IMG/VR virus record: IMGVR_UViG_3300035698_012088
Span: 1-64,000 of that record
Reading direction: 5' to 3' (one strand)
Source of the DNA: a virus
DNA length: 64,000 nt
Below the pieces are notes generated by a model. The model searched no databases. It was not told where the DNA came from and was given only the letters and a program-made list of their open reading frames with translations. Positions 35,537-44,521 of the stretch are shown here, in pieces. The position numbers were made by a program, and so were the translations under genes. Numbering within the stretch: position 1 is the stretch's first letter; every line of letters begins with the position of its first letter.

Positions 35537-37715
35537 AGATGTATACAGCCCCTATAAATTTGCTCATTTTTTACCTAAGCTAAAAAGTATAAAAAAGGGA
35601 GAGATAGCCTCTCCTGTGAATATGCAGATAGATTTAACTAATAAATGCACCAACAAGTGTATTTGGTGTTATTACTTGATTCATGAACACTTAGATGACT
35701 TTAGTACACAGGACATTATACCATATAAAGATGCCATAAGAATCCTATCTCAATTTAAAGGTGCTGGAGGAAAGAGTGTGGAGTTTAGTCTTAAAGGGGA
35801 TGAGTTAATACCTCTCTATACAGATCAAGATGGATTAACCCTAAAACCTATACAAGAAGTCATAGAGAATAAAATTGAGAAAAACTCTTTTACAATCCAA
35901 GATAATGGAAATGTTTCACAAGACGCCATAACCGATTTTATAAAACATAAACAAACAGAGCCGTTATGGAAAGTGACTTTAGATAGTGGTAGACATATAA
36001 CAGTTACAAAATCTCACAGTATCTTTTTCTGGGAAAAGGGTAAAATTACATATAAGCCTCTAAAAGAAGCAAAGATAGGAGATAAAGTAGTATTATCTAA
36101 TGAAAAATACCCTACTAAACATATCTCTATAAACTCAGATTGGGCCAGACTACTGGGATATTTTGTAGCAGAAGGGTGTTTTTCATTTCAAAGAAAGCAT
36201 GTTCCACATGGCATACATTTTACTTTTGGATTTAATGCCCAGGAGCAAAAATATATCTCTGATGTGGCCAACATACTGACCACTAATGGATATAAAGCAG
36301 TAATTAGAAAATTTGATAATAAGACTAAGATTTCTGTTTGCAATAAAGAACTTACTGAAGATTTTTTAAAATTAGGTATAGGGGAAGGATCTAGGAACAA
36401 AAGAGTACCAGATTGTATTTTTAATGCAAATAAATCTGCTCAAATCAATTTTCTTACAGGGTTGTTTGCAGGAGATGGTAATTTTAGAGACACTCTGTAT
36501 AGACAGTGTTCTAGAAACTCTTTGCATTTAAAAACCTCTTCTGTCCTTCTACAGAGAACTGTAGAATTTTTGTTATCTCAATTAGATATCTGGTGTACCC
36601 TATATGAAGGTATAAATTGTCCTAGAAGTATTGAGGGAAGATCTTTACCCGAAACTACATATTGTACCGTTAACATTCAAGGGAAAGATGAATTATTAAA
36701 ATTAGAATCAATAATTAAATTTATGGGCAAAGAGCTTAAGTACAAAGACAGTAAGTATTCTCATACAACAAAACATAAAAAAATAGAACATATTAGTGAG
36801 AATGTTATTGTCTTGCCCATTAAAAAAATAGAAGAGGTAGATAAAGAAAAGTATGTCTATGATATAAGTGTAGGAGAGTCTCATAGATTTATCTCTAGTT
36901 TTGGGATTCTATGTCATAACACAGGAGGAGGGGAGCCTTTACTACATCCTAATTTCATAGATATAAGCTCCCATGCTAGAGATCTAAACCTAGAGAGAGC
37001 TTTAGTTACTAATGGCCAATTATTGACAGAGCCTTATGCAGAAGAAGTTTCAGATTATGCATGGGTTAGGGTATCTCTTGACTCTGCTACAGAAGAGTCA
37101 TATGCTAAAATACACTGTTCCCCTAAAGAAAACTTTCATAAAGTACTAAGGAACATTAAATTATACATGACGAAGAAGCAGCCAGATTGTGTGTTTGGTA
37201 TCTCAGCTATTGCAGATGAGAACAATGCCGGTGAGTTATCTCAAATTGCAGAGATAGCTAAAGATCTAGGTGCTGATAATTTAAGGATTAGTTTAGCCCA
37301 CACTCCAAAGAAGGGATCAATCTTTGAGAACTGTTGGGATACTTTATTAGAGGAGATAGATAAAGCTAAGTCTCTAGAAGATGATAGTTTTAAAGTGTTC
37401 TCTTTTTCAAATAGAATAGCGGAGATAGAAAGGAAATCAAAAGGTGGTTTTTGTTATTATCATCACCTAACAACAGCAGTAGGAGCCAATGGAGCTGTTT
37501 ACCCCTGCTGCTACTTTAAATACATCAACAAGTATAACTTGGGAAATCTACACGAGAACTCTTTTGAAGAGATCTGGAATGGAGATACAAGAAAAGACTT
37601 TATTGATAATGTAGCTTGTGATTGTACAGGGAGTTGTTGGATGGTTGAGAAGAATGCATTTTGCAGATATTTAATGCTAGATGAGACAGAGATACCACAT
37701 TTGAATTTTCCATAA
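35526..37715 (+). CDS. Radical SAM protein with SPASM/twitch domain, intein-containing
   Basis: CTNKCIWC, TGGGEPLLHP, VTNG, RVSLDS, VYPCC, LGNL...FEEIW motifs. Confidence 0.88.
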   Translation: MKSKDVYSPYKFAHFLPKLKSIKKGEIASPVNMQIDLTNKCTNKCIWCYYLIHEHLDDFSTQDIIPYKDAIRILSQFKGAGGKSVEFSLKGDELIPLYTDQDGLTLKPIQEVIENKIEKNSFTIQDNGNVSQDAITDFIKHKQTEPLWKVTLDSGRHITVTKSHSIFFWEKGKITYKPLKEAKIGDKVVLSNEKYPTKHISINSDWARLLGYFVAEGCFSFQRKHVPHGIHFTFGFNAQEQKYISDVANILTTNGYKAVIRKFDNKTKISVCNKELTEDFLKLGIGEGSRNKRVPDCIFNANKSAQINFLTGLFAGDGNFRDTLYRQCSRNSLHLKTSSVLLQRTVEFLLSQLDIWCTLYEGINCPRSIEGRSLPETTYCTVNIQGKDELLKLESIIKFMGKELKYKDSKYSHTTKHKKIEHISENVIVLPIKKIEEVDKEKYVYDISVGESHRFISSFGILCHNTGGGEPLLHPNFIDISSHARDLNLERALVTNGQLLTEPYAEEVSDYAWVRVSLDSATEESYAKIHCSPKENFHKVLRNIKLYMTKKQPDCVFGISAIADENNAGELSQIAEIAKDLGADNLRISLAHTPKKGSIFENCWDTLLEEIDKAKSLEDDSFKVFSFSNRIAEIERKSKGGFCYYHHLTTAVGANGAVYPCCYFKYINKYNLGNLHENSFEEIWNGDTRKDFIDNVACDCTGSCWMVEKNAFCRYLMLDETEIPHLNFP
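35787..36920 (+). mobile_element. LAGLIDADG intein (378 aa)
   Basis: SLKGDE start, VTKSHS, LGYFVAEG and GLFAGDG, ends ILCHN|T; removal restores KSVEF|TGGGEP. Confidence 0.92.
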
Positions 37716-37724
37716 GGAGTTAAA

Positions 37725-38567
37725 ATGGCTTTACCAGACACATGTGTTTTAGTTGATACAGATACTTCAGCAGCATCAGGAGGATACGTTCATACACCTA
37801 ATGAGTGGCCAACTATATTCTTTAGTGAGTCAACAGAGGGTTCAGCCACTGTTACACTTAAAGATAGAAGTGGGGATGACTATGATTTAACAGCAGGTAC
37901 CTATACCGTTACCTTAAATGTTAAAGAATTCTGTACAGATGCCGGTCCACAAATAACCAAAGAATGTACTATTACACCTCCAAGTACTGTTTCTGTAACT
38001 CTAGAGGCCGATGACTTACCCTTTGCAGGAGTATGGATTGGAGAATTTACTGTTACAGATGATGATTCCTCAGATAAAGTGATTGCCAGATTTAGAATGT
38101 ATTTAGATGTATCTTTAAATTACACATCTACAAATGCTAGTTACTGCCCCTTAACTGTGGCTGAGATCCGACTTCTAATAAGAGATAGACATCCTGAAGA
38201 GAATACCTTCCTAGAAGAAGTAGAGTTCTCGGATACAGAGATAGCTTTCTCTATCAGGAGACCTGTTGATATCTGGAATGAATCCCTTCCCCCTATTATG
38301 AAAACATATACACCTTTGACTTTTCCCTATAGATATCACTGGTCTGAGGGAGTAATTGGAGAACTATATAGAATGGCCTCCTTTAATCTGAATAGAAATG
38401 ATGTAGATGTAGCAACAGGGGGAGTAACAGTAGATGACAAAAGAGCTGATATCTATCTAAAGCTCTCTGAAGAATATATTAGTAGGTATAAACAATGGGT
38501 CATGAGTACTAAGTATTCTGTTAACATAGGAGAAGGCTTTGGGAGAACTTCCATAGGTTATTTTTAA
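37725..38567 (+). CDS. Probable head-tail adaptor/neck protein with N-terminal Ig-like domain
   Basis: Position; beta-rich N-domain plus helical adaptor-like C-domain (EFSDTEI...WNESLPP). Confidence 0.55.
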   Translation: MALPDTCVLVDTDTSAASGGYVHTPNEWPTIFFSESTEGSATVTLKDRSGDDYDLTAGTYTVTLNVKEFCTDAGPQITKECTITPPSTVSVTLEADDLPFAGVWIGEFTVTDDDSSDKVIARFRMYLDVSLNYTSTNASYCPLTVAEIRLLIRDRHPEENTFLEEVEFSDTEIAFSIRRPVDIWNESLPPIMKTYTPLTFPYRYHWSEGVIGELYRMASFNLNRNDVDVATGGVTVDDKRADIYLKLSEEYISRYKQWVMSTKYSVNIGEGFGRTSIGYF

Positions 38568-39430
38568 TGAGCACCAACCCTATTACAAAAGTATATGTCA
38601 CAGAATCTCCAACAGATAGGTCTAAACTTATACAATGGAAACTGGATCCTTCTTTCCCTGAGCTTACTAGTTATAGTTTCTATATAGAGACTGCTAGGGC
38701 AACTGATCCAAGTTGGACTAGGTTAAATCCTTCAGCGCCTATTGTAGATATGTGTTGGTATAGTGACCCTACTGTGTATAGATACAACTATAGACATGAC
38801 CTCTACTATAGAGTTGTCTTGGATGATGGAGGAACAGAGTACATCTCAGAGGCCAGTAATGTGAGAGGTACTTTGGATAAAACAGAGAGAAGAATGGTTA
38901 GAGCTGCTCTTGTTAATGAATATGAGAGATTTACTAAGTGGCATGTAGGAACTATAGGCTGGCTTCTAAAGAAGAGGATATATGGTACTGCTTGTACAGT
39001 ATGTGCAGATTTTGATCTACCCAATGATGGAGGATTAGCTTCTTGCTCTACCTGTTATGGTACTGGGATTGTAGGAGGGTACTACCAAGGTTATCCTTAT
39101 TATGTAGACTTCACAAAACTAGATGTACATGACAAAGATATAGTGATCCCTTTTGGTACAGAGGATAATCCTGAACTATTGGGTAGATGTATAGCGTATC
39201 CTATATTGTCATCTCAAGACCTATGGGTAGAAAAAGACACCAACAAGAGATACGTTATAAGGCAAATCCAGACACTGGCAAGAATAAGAGATACTGTTAT
39301 ATCTTATACAGCAGTTTTTAAAGAGTTGCCTGGAACAAGAGTGGAATATGACGTACCCGTTTATGGAGATACAGCTCTGGTAAGCGATGTAGAAACAGAG
39401 TGGCGAAATGCAGTAGACTATAATCTGTAA
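38567..39430 (+). CDS. Probable neck/head-closure protein
   Basis: CTVC...CSTCYGTGIVGGY Zn motif; position after the adaptor. Confidence 0.55.
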   Translation: MSTNPITKVYVTESPTDRSKLIQWKLDPSFPELTSYSFYIETARATDPSWTRLNPSAPIVDMCWYSDPTVYRYNYRHDLYYRVVLDDGGTEYISEASNVRGTLDKTERRMVRAALVNEYERFTKWHVGTIGWLLKKRIYGTACTVCADFDLPNDGGLASCSTCYGTGIVGGYYQGYPYYVDFTKLDVHDKDIVIPFGTEDNPELLGRCIAYPILSSQDLWVEKDTNKRYVIRQIQTLARIRDTVISYTAVFKELPGTRVEYDVPVYGDTALVSDVETEWRNAVDYNL

Positions 39431-39446
39431 GTGCATACCTGTGCAC
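39431..39446. promoter_or_regulatory. Imperfect palindrome GTGCATACCTGTGCAC (copy 2)
   Basis: Identical to 1395-1410. Confidence 0.55.
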
Positions 39447-39459
39447 CTGAAAGGATAAT

Positions 39460-41481
39460 ATGAAAAACTTCCCAAAAGTAACTGTGGTTACTTTAGTAAA
39501 AGACAACACTGAACTGACCTTTAACTTCCTAGACTCTCTTAACAAATACACAAAGTATCCCAACTTCAATGTACTTTTAGGAGATACCGGGTCTACTAAA
39601 GAGAATCTAGAAGCCCTCAAGGGCACTGTCTCTATTTCAGAAGCCTTAGATATTTCTATAGTTGAACTAGGGGAATACTCTTATGGCAAAAACATGAACA
39701 AGCTGGTAAGAAACCATTTGCCCGATGACACTCAGTATGTGTGTTTCATGGATAATGATATAGACTTATGTAATGACTGTATCTCAATTTTCATGGATGT
39801 GGAGAGAAGGGAAGAGAAAGTGGCTACATACACCCCTTGTCTTCTATTTAAAACAGGAGAGGTGCAGTGTACCGGTTATATGGTAGAAGCCTATGAAGAT
39901 AAATCTCATAGACTTATGTTCCAAAATTTCAATGTACATAACTCAGATGTCCACACTCAATTTGAAGTATTATCTGGTTGTGGTTCTTTGATGATGGTGA
40001 ATAGAGACATCTTTGAAGACCTTGGTGGTTTTAACCTAGGGTATAAACACTGCTTATACGATGTAGATCTATGTATTAGAGCTGCAATAGCAGGATATAA
40101 GAACTTATGTCCGGGATATGCCTCGGCAAAACATTTCTTAGCTCAAACCAGAGGTAAAGAGAATCTGGAGGAAGAGTTCTCATTTGATATGACAAGGCTG
40201 TCTAATCTAATATATGCTTTTCCTGATGAATTAAATCCATTACTAACACATAAAGAGAGAGTTCTAAATAAAGCTGATTGGGGCATTTATAATACTTCAG
40301 AGTTAAGCTCTAATTATGAGGGACCTCAAATCTTCCATTTCCAAGATATCTCTATTGCAGAGAATATGGAAAAACAAATGGACTTTGAAACACGGTATAA
40401 TTTAAAGAGTAATGATGGGAAATTACATATAGTAGGATTTGGACATGATAATGGATGCGGGTATGTGAGACTAGATCTCCCAGCCAAGTATATCAATAGA
40501 AGACCAGATATGGAAATGTTCACTACACAAAAGATGTGTCCTGAATTAGCAAACTGGGGACATGTGTTTGTATGGGAAGCTCCTCCACCAAATGACTTCT
40601 CTCCTATGAGAGATATCTTTGCAGAGTATAGTGTCCCGCAGATGGTGGAGATTGATGACAATTACCTAGAGATAGATAAGTTTAATAAAGCTAAATATAT
40701 GATTCCAGAGGAACTAGTTTCAGAATGGTTCAATAAGTGTGGAGTATTTACAACTACTAGAGATAGTCTAAGAGACTTCTATATTTCTAAGTATCCTGAT
40801 ATGGAAGGACATACTCTACCAAACTGTGTAGACCATGAAGTGTTCTTGAATGCCTTGTATGACACTTCGGACACAGGCCCTCTCAAATTGGGATGGATGG
40901 GATGTGATTCTCACTTCTCTGATTTATTAGTAGTAACCCCTGTCTTAAAGAGACTACAAGAAGAGTATGGTAGAGAGTTAGATATTACCTTATTTGGCTG
41001 GGATGGTAAATTACCCAACAATGTACCTTTCAAATATAATGGTACTGATAATGTTATGGATGGAATAAGATTTACACATATCCCTTATGTACCTATTCAA
41101 GAGTATCATAGTTTTATCCAGACTCTAGGCTTAGATGTAATGTTTCTCCCCTTAGCAGATATAAACTTCAACAACAATGGTAAAAGCCCTGTTAAGTTCT
41201 TAGAAGCCGCATCAGCTAAGATGCCATGTGTTGTCTCAGATAGCTCTGTATTTAACTTCTTAACCCATGGAGAAGATGCTTTACTTTGTAAAACAGAAGA
41301 AGATTGGTATACTAATATTAAAGCTATGCTGGATAATGCAGAGCTAAGAAGAAAGATCAGTGCTAATGGATATAACACAGTCATGAATAAGTTCTCTATG
41401 GAGAATAATGTAGACAAGTGGGTAGATGTTTATACTCAATTAGCTACAAGTAAGTACAAACAATATAAGAGAGAAGACTAA
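39460..41481 (+). CDS. Bifunctional glycosyltransferase (GT2 N-domain plus GT4-like GT-B C-domain)
   Basis: GDTGST, FMDND, GGFN...DVDLC; C-half GCGYVR, EIDD, GWMG, KSPVKFLEA. Confidence 0.85.
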   Translation: MKNFPKVTVVTLVKDNTELTFNFLDSLNKYTKYPNFNVLLGDTGSTKENLEALKGTVSISEALDISIVELGEYSYGKNMNKLVRNHLPDDTQYVCFMDNDIDLCNDCISIFMDVERREEKVATYTPCLLFKTGEVQCTGYMVEAYEDKSHRLMFQNFNVHNSDVHTQFEVLSGCGSLMMVNRDIFEDLGGFNLGYKHCLYDVDLCIRAAIAGYKNLCPGYASAKHFLAQTRGKENLEEEFSFDMTRLSNLIYAFPDELNPLLTHKERVLNKADWGIYNTSELSSNYEGPQIFHFQDISIAENMEKQMDFETRYNLKSNDGKLHIVGFGHDNGCGYVRLDLPAKYINRRPDMEMFTTQKMCPELANWGHVFVWEAPPPNDFSPMRDIFAEYSVPQMVEIDDNYLEIDKFNKAKYMIPEELVSEWFNKCGVFTTTRDSLRDFYISKYPDMEGHTLPNCVDHEVFLNALYDTSDTGPLKLGWMGCDSHFSDLLVVTPVLKRLQEEYGRELDITLFGWDGKLPNNVPFKYNGTDNVMDGIRFTHIPYVPIQEYHSFIQTLGLDVMFLPLADINFNNNGKSPVKFLEAASAKMPCVVSDSSVFNFLTHGEDALLCKTEEDWYTNIKAMLDNAELRRKISANGYNTVMNKFSMENNVDKWVDVYTQLATSKYKQYKRED

Positions 41482-42110
41482 TGCCTTTATTCGCAGAACC
41501 AACATGGTCAGGAAGTATACAAGCCTATCCTGAGAGTTTTTTTGATAATGAGGATATAACTCCGTTTCAGATAACTGGAGCTATAGTGAGATTACTTCAA
41601 TATCAGTTTGGATATGTAGATAATATAGATAACCCCTTACTTAAGGGATATATATGGACAAATAATGGAGCAACTTCAAAGATACTAATAGGCCCTTCCT
41701 TTATGCGCAACGACGAGACTACTTCTGCTAAACCTGGAATCTTTGTAGAAAGACAGGATCTAGAGGCTACTACTATAGGGGTAAGGTATTTGAATGTTCA
41801 AGCAGAGTCCTTATCTACTCCTTTTGCAACAGGAAACTACAATAAGCATTTAACAGGAAAACATCTTATACTATGTGAAGGCATCTCAGGCACAGAAGCA
41901 GAGTTATTAGCTGAAGAGGTATTTACTAGGTTTATGCTAATGTCTCCTATATTAACATCTGATTTCAATTTAGACACAATAGATGTCAAGGGATTGGGGA
42001 AACAAGTGCCTAAGCCTAAACAAGCTTCTACCACTTTTGTCTCTTCAGTAGTTATAGCCTGGCAGAAGACATATAACTGGTCTATTGTAAATGAAGAACC
42101 GGAGCAATAA
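41481..42110 (+). CDS. Probable tail completion/terminator protein
   Basis: Position and EAELLAEEV helix pattern. Confidence 0.5.
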   Translation: MPLFAEPTWSGSIQAYPESFFDNEDITPFQITGAIVRLLQYQFGYVDNIDNPLLKGYIWTNNGATSKILIGPSFMRNDETTSAKPGIFVERQDLEATTIGVRYLNVQAESLSTPFATGNYNKHLTGKHLILCEGISGTEAELLAEEVFTRFMLMSPILTSDFNLDTIDVKGLGKQVPKPKQASTTFVSSVVIAWQKTYNWSIVNEEPEQ

Positions 42111-42115
42111 AGTTG

Positions 42116-42144
42116 TTGAATAGTTCAACTAAAGAATATATAGT
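42116..42144 (+). promoter_or_regulatory. Sigma70-like promoter overlapped by palindrome GTTGAA-TAG-TTCAAC
   Basis: TTGAAT-17-TATAGT. Confidence 0.6.
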
Positions 42145-42191
42145 ATAGGTAGATAGTCTGAAATATAGACTAAACAATAGGAGATTACATT

Positions 42192-42617
42192 ATGGCTTTA
42201 TCAGTTGAAGGATATTGCGGCGTTCAAATTGAATTTGATCAAGATGGCGCTGGAGCAAAAGACGTGGCCACTGCTTCCTCAGTAGAGGCTAGTTGGCAAA
42301 CACCTGCATCTCTATGGGATGATGGGGTATCAAAGTATATTTTCTGGGGAGACACCACAGGGCAATTCCAGGCATTTGACTTACAAACTACTGCTGAATA
42401 TGGAACTGCTTCTACAGTCTATTCAGCATTCAGTTCTGGAGCAACAGGGGGAACAGGTACTGTTTTCTTCCCCAAGGGAGCAGCAAAGATTGTCTGGCAT
42501 TTCGTAGCCAACTTATTTGACATGAATGTTAAAGCACGGAGACTTAAACAGCTTGGTGACATTTATGCTATGGAAGGTGCTTGGCAGTGGCAGATCTTAG
42601 AAGCTAATGCAGGCTAA
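42192..42617 (+). CDS. Putative tail structural protein (tube-like)
   Basis: Own promoter, AGGAGA RBS, beta-rich. Confidence 0.5.
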   Translation: MALSVEGYCGVQIEFDQDGAGAKDVATASSVEASWQTPASLWDDGVSKYIFWGDTTGQFQAFDLQTTAEYGTASTVYSAFSSGATGGTGTVFFPKGAAKIVWHFVANLFDMNVKARRLKQLGDIYAMEGAWQWQILEANAG

Positions 42618-42643
42618 TACTGGACAATAAGGAGATTATTTAA

Positions 42644-43018
42644 ATGGCATATACAATTGTTAGTTCAAATCCATCAGTCACTAGTGATGACTTTCCACAG
42701 ACTGGATATATTGTTGGTGTAAACCTTCAGTGGTCTAATAACCTGAGAAAGATCCCTACACTTGGTGGATCTAAAAATGTACCCGACATTCCAAAGGGTC
42801 AGATTTCTGTTACTTTCCTAGTACCCCCAACAGGGCTATGGTCAGGATATACAGATCTCTGCGTCACCGGCTCAACCAAAGTCGTGGATATTAATGGAGC
42901 TAAATACAACAACACCTATAGAACAGGTGGGTCTTTAGCTACCCAGGAATTCGGAGAAGGTCTTAAAACAGTTGCTGTTACACTAGTTTATAGTGTATTC
43001 GGTGAGTGCTCTGGCTAA
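42644..43018 (+). CDS. Putative tail structural protein (tube-like)
   Basis: AAGGAGA RBS; beta-rich. Confidence 0.5.
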   Translation: MAYTIVSSNPSVTSDDFPQTGYIVGVNLQWSNNLRKIPTLGGSKNVPDIPKGQISVTFLVPPTGLWSGYTDLCVTGSTKVVDINGAKYNNTYRTGGSLATQEFGEGLKTVAVTLVYSVFGECSG

Positions 43019-43042
43019 TAGCTAGAAAATTAAATGAGGAAT

Positions 43043-43080
43043 AGTGAGGTTGTTATTTGTAATATAGTAGCAACCTCACT
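43043..43080. other. Strong intergenic hairpin without U-tract
   Basis: AGTGAGGTTGTTA ... TAGCAACCTCACT. Confidence 0.65.
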
Positions 43081-43097
43081 TCCACATAAGGGAAAGC

Positions 43098-43652
43098 ATG
43101 GCATTATATACAGGTACTTTAGGATTCACTTTAGCAAATGTAGAAGGACCTACTGCTGATCCCACTCCCTTTAGCGTAGTAATTCCTATTTTTTTAGAAT
43201 CATTAGCTATTAAAAGTGACATTTCTTTTAGATCTATTCCTTATGTGGAAAAGGTAGGATCTTATGCTCCATCCTTAGAGTTTTATCAGGCAGCAGTCCC
43301 TGGAGGGGGTTCTATAGCTTTATCGGGACTATTTGCAGCAGATCCAACTACAGCATCCCCAGCTACAGCAGCAGGAGCCAAGAAGGAATCTAGAGCTAGG
43401 GCTTTTGCTGCCTTAAAAATAGTAGGGCAGGAATATACTCCGCACCCAACCTCAAAACCAGCTGGTATGTATAAGATGACTTTAACAGTAACAGATTCTA
43501 CAGGGGAATCTGGAGCCCAAACTCTTACAAAAAACATGTATGGAGCCTTTTGTACTGGAGCTACTTTAGTGGCAGAGCAATTTGGTGGATGTATGTTATA
43601 CAGAGGAACTTTAGTATATAAGTTCAAGTTTATGAGAAATGTAGCAATCTAG
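43098..43652 (+). CDS. Putative tail tube-like protein
   Basis: Directly upstream of the chaperone/frameshift pair. Confidence 0.5.
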   Translation: MALYTGTLGFTLANVEGPTADPTPFSVVIPIFLESLAIKSDISFRSIPYVEKVGSYAPSLEFYQAAVPGGGSIALSGLFAADPTTASPATAAGAKKESRARAFAALKIVGQEYTPHPTSKPAGMYKMTLTVTDSTGESGAQTLTKNMYGAFCTGATLVAEQFGGCMLYRGTLVYKFKFMRNVAI

Positions 43653-43661
43653 GAGAATTAA

Positions 43662-44180
43662 ATGGAAACAGAAGAAGAAGAAGTGGAAAAAGAGATCAAG
43701 TGTGAAATTTGTGAGCATGTATTAGGTAAAGATACTGTGGTAGATGAAGACGATGTTAAAGAGTATGTGAGGAGCATATTAGGAAATACTACATTTACAA
43801 AGAAGTATTCTGTTTTCAAGGGAACACTGGATGTTACTTTTAAATCCTTAACAGCTATGCAGACAGAGAATCTTAATTCAGCTTTATCTTCTATATTCAA
43901 AAATACAGAAGCTGGAGATGAGGCTATACATATAGACAAAGGTGCCAAGTATAAGCTAGTTTATTACTTAGCTGAATATGGTGACAAGAAGTTTGAACCT
44001 GTGCCCCCTAGTATTAAGGTGGAAGATTTAGAGAAGTTATACCAAGAGAGACTTGGAGGAGTCAACTCTAATCTTGTAGAGCTTTTTATAAAGGTGCTTA
44101 TAGAATTTGTTAGATTACAGAAACTCTTAGTAGAGACTGGACTTGACTCAAATTTTTGGAAGGGCGCTGGACTTCATTAG
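43662..44180 (+). CDS. Tail assembly chaperone (gpG-like)
   Basis: VTFKSLT motif; slippery site near the 3' end. Confidence 0.65.
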   Translation: METEEEEVEKEIKCEICEHVLGKDTVVDEDDVKEYVRSILGNTTFTKKYSVFKGTLDVTFKSLTAMQTENLNSALSSIFKNTEAGDEAIHIDKGAKYKLVYYLAEYGDKKFEPVPPSIKVEDLEKLYQERLGGVNSNLVELFIKVLIEFVRLQKLLVETGLDSNFWKGAGLH

Positions 44181-44193
44181 TTTTAGGCGCCCT
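44150..44193 (+). promoter_or_regulatory. Programmed -1 frameshift signal
   Basis: In-frame A_AAT_TTT heptamer (44150-44156) plus GC-rich stem AGGGCGC/GCGCCCT (44161-44193). Confidence 0.72.
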
Positions 44194-44521
44194 GTCTCGC
44201 AATATGATTGACTTTTCCAGTATAACTAGAGACGATCCATCTAGTATACTAAGAGAGTCTCTAATATTGAAGTCTACAGAGATAGAGAAGAGATTGGCTT
44301 TTAAGCAATTTAAGATGTCATGTCAGATAGCTAATTTTTTGGACTCTTCTTCTAATTTAACGGATAGTGAAGTAGATACAGCTTGTAATGAGTATTTGGA
44401 TTTACAGCTTCCTTGGCAACATGAGCTAAGAGAGGCTTCTCTAGAGCAGAAGAATCCAGGATTGGCATCGTTTCTAGATCAATTTAAACAGGTTCAAAAT
44501 GAAGAATCTCCTGAAGGATAG
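44153..44521 (+). CDS. gpT-like -1 frame extension of the chaperone
   Basis: ORF in the -1 frame starting exactly at the slippery site, with no evident RBS of its own. Confidence 0.65.
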   Translation, partial: FLEGRWTSLVLGALSRNMIDFSSITRDDPSSILRESLILKSTEIEKRLAFKQFKMSCQIANFLDSSSNLTDSEVDTACNEYLDLQLPWQHELREASLEQKNPGLASFLDQFKQVQNEESPEG

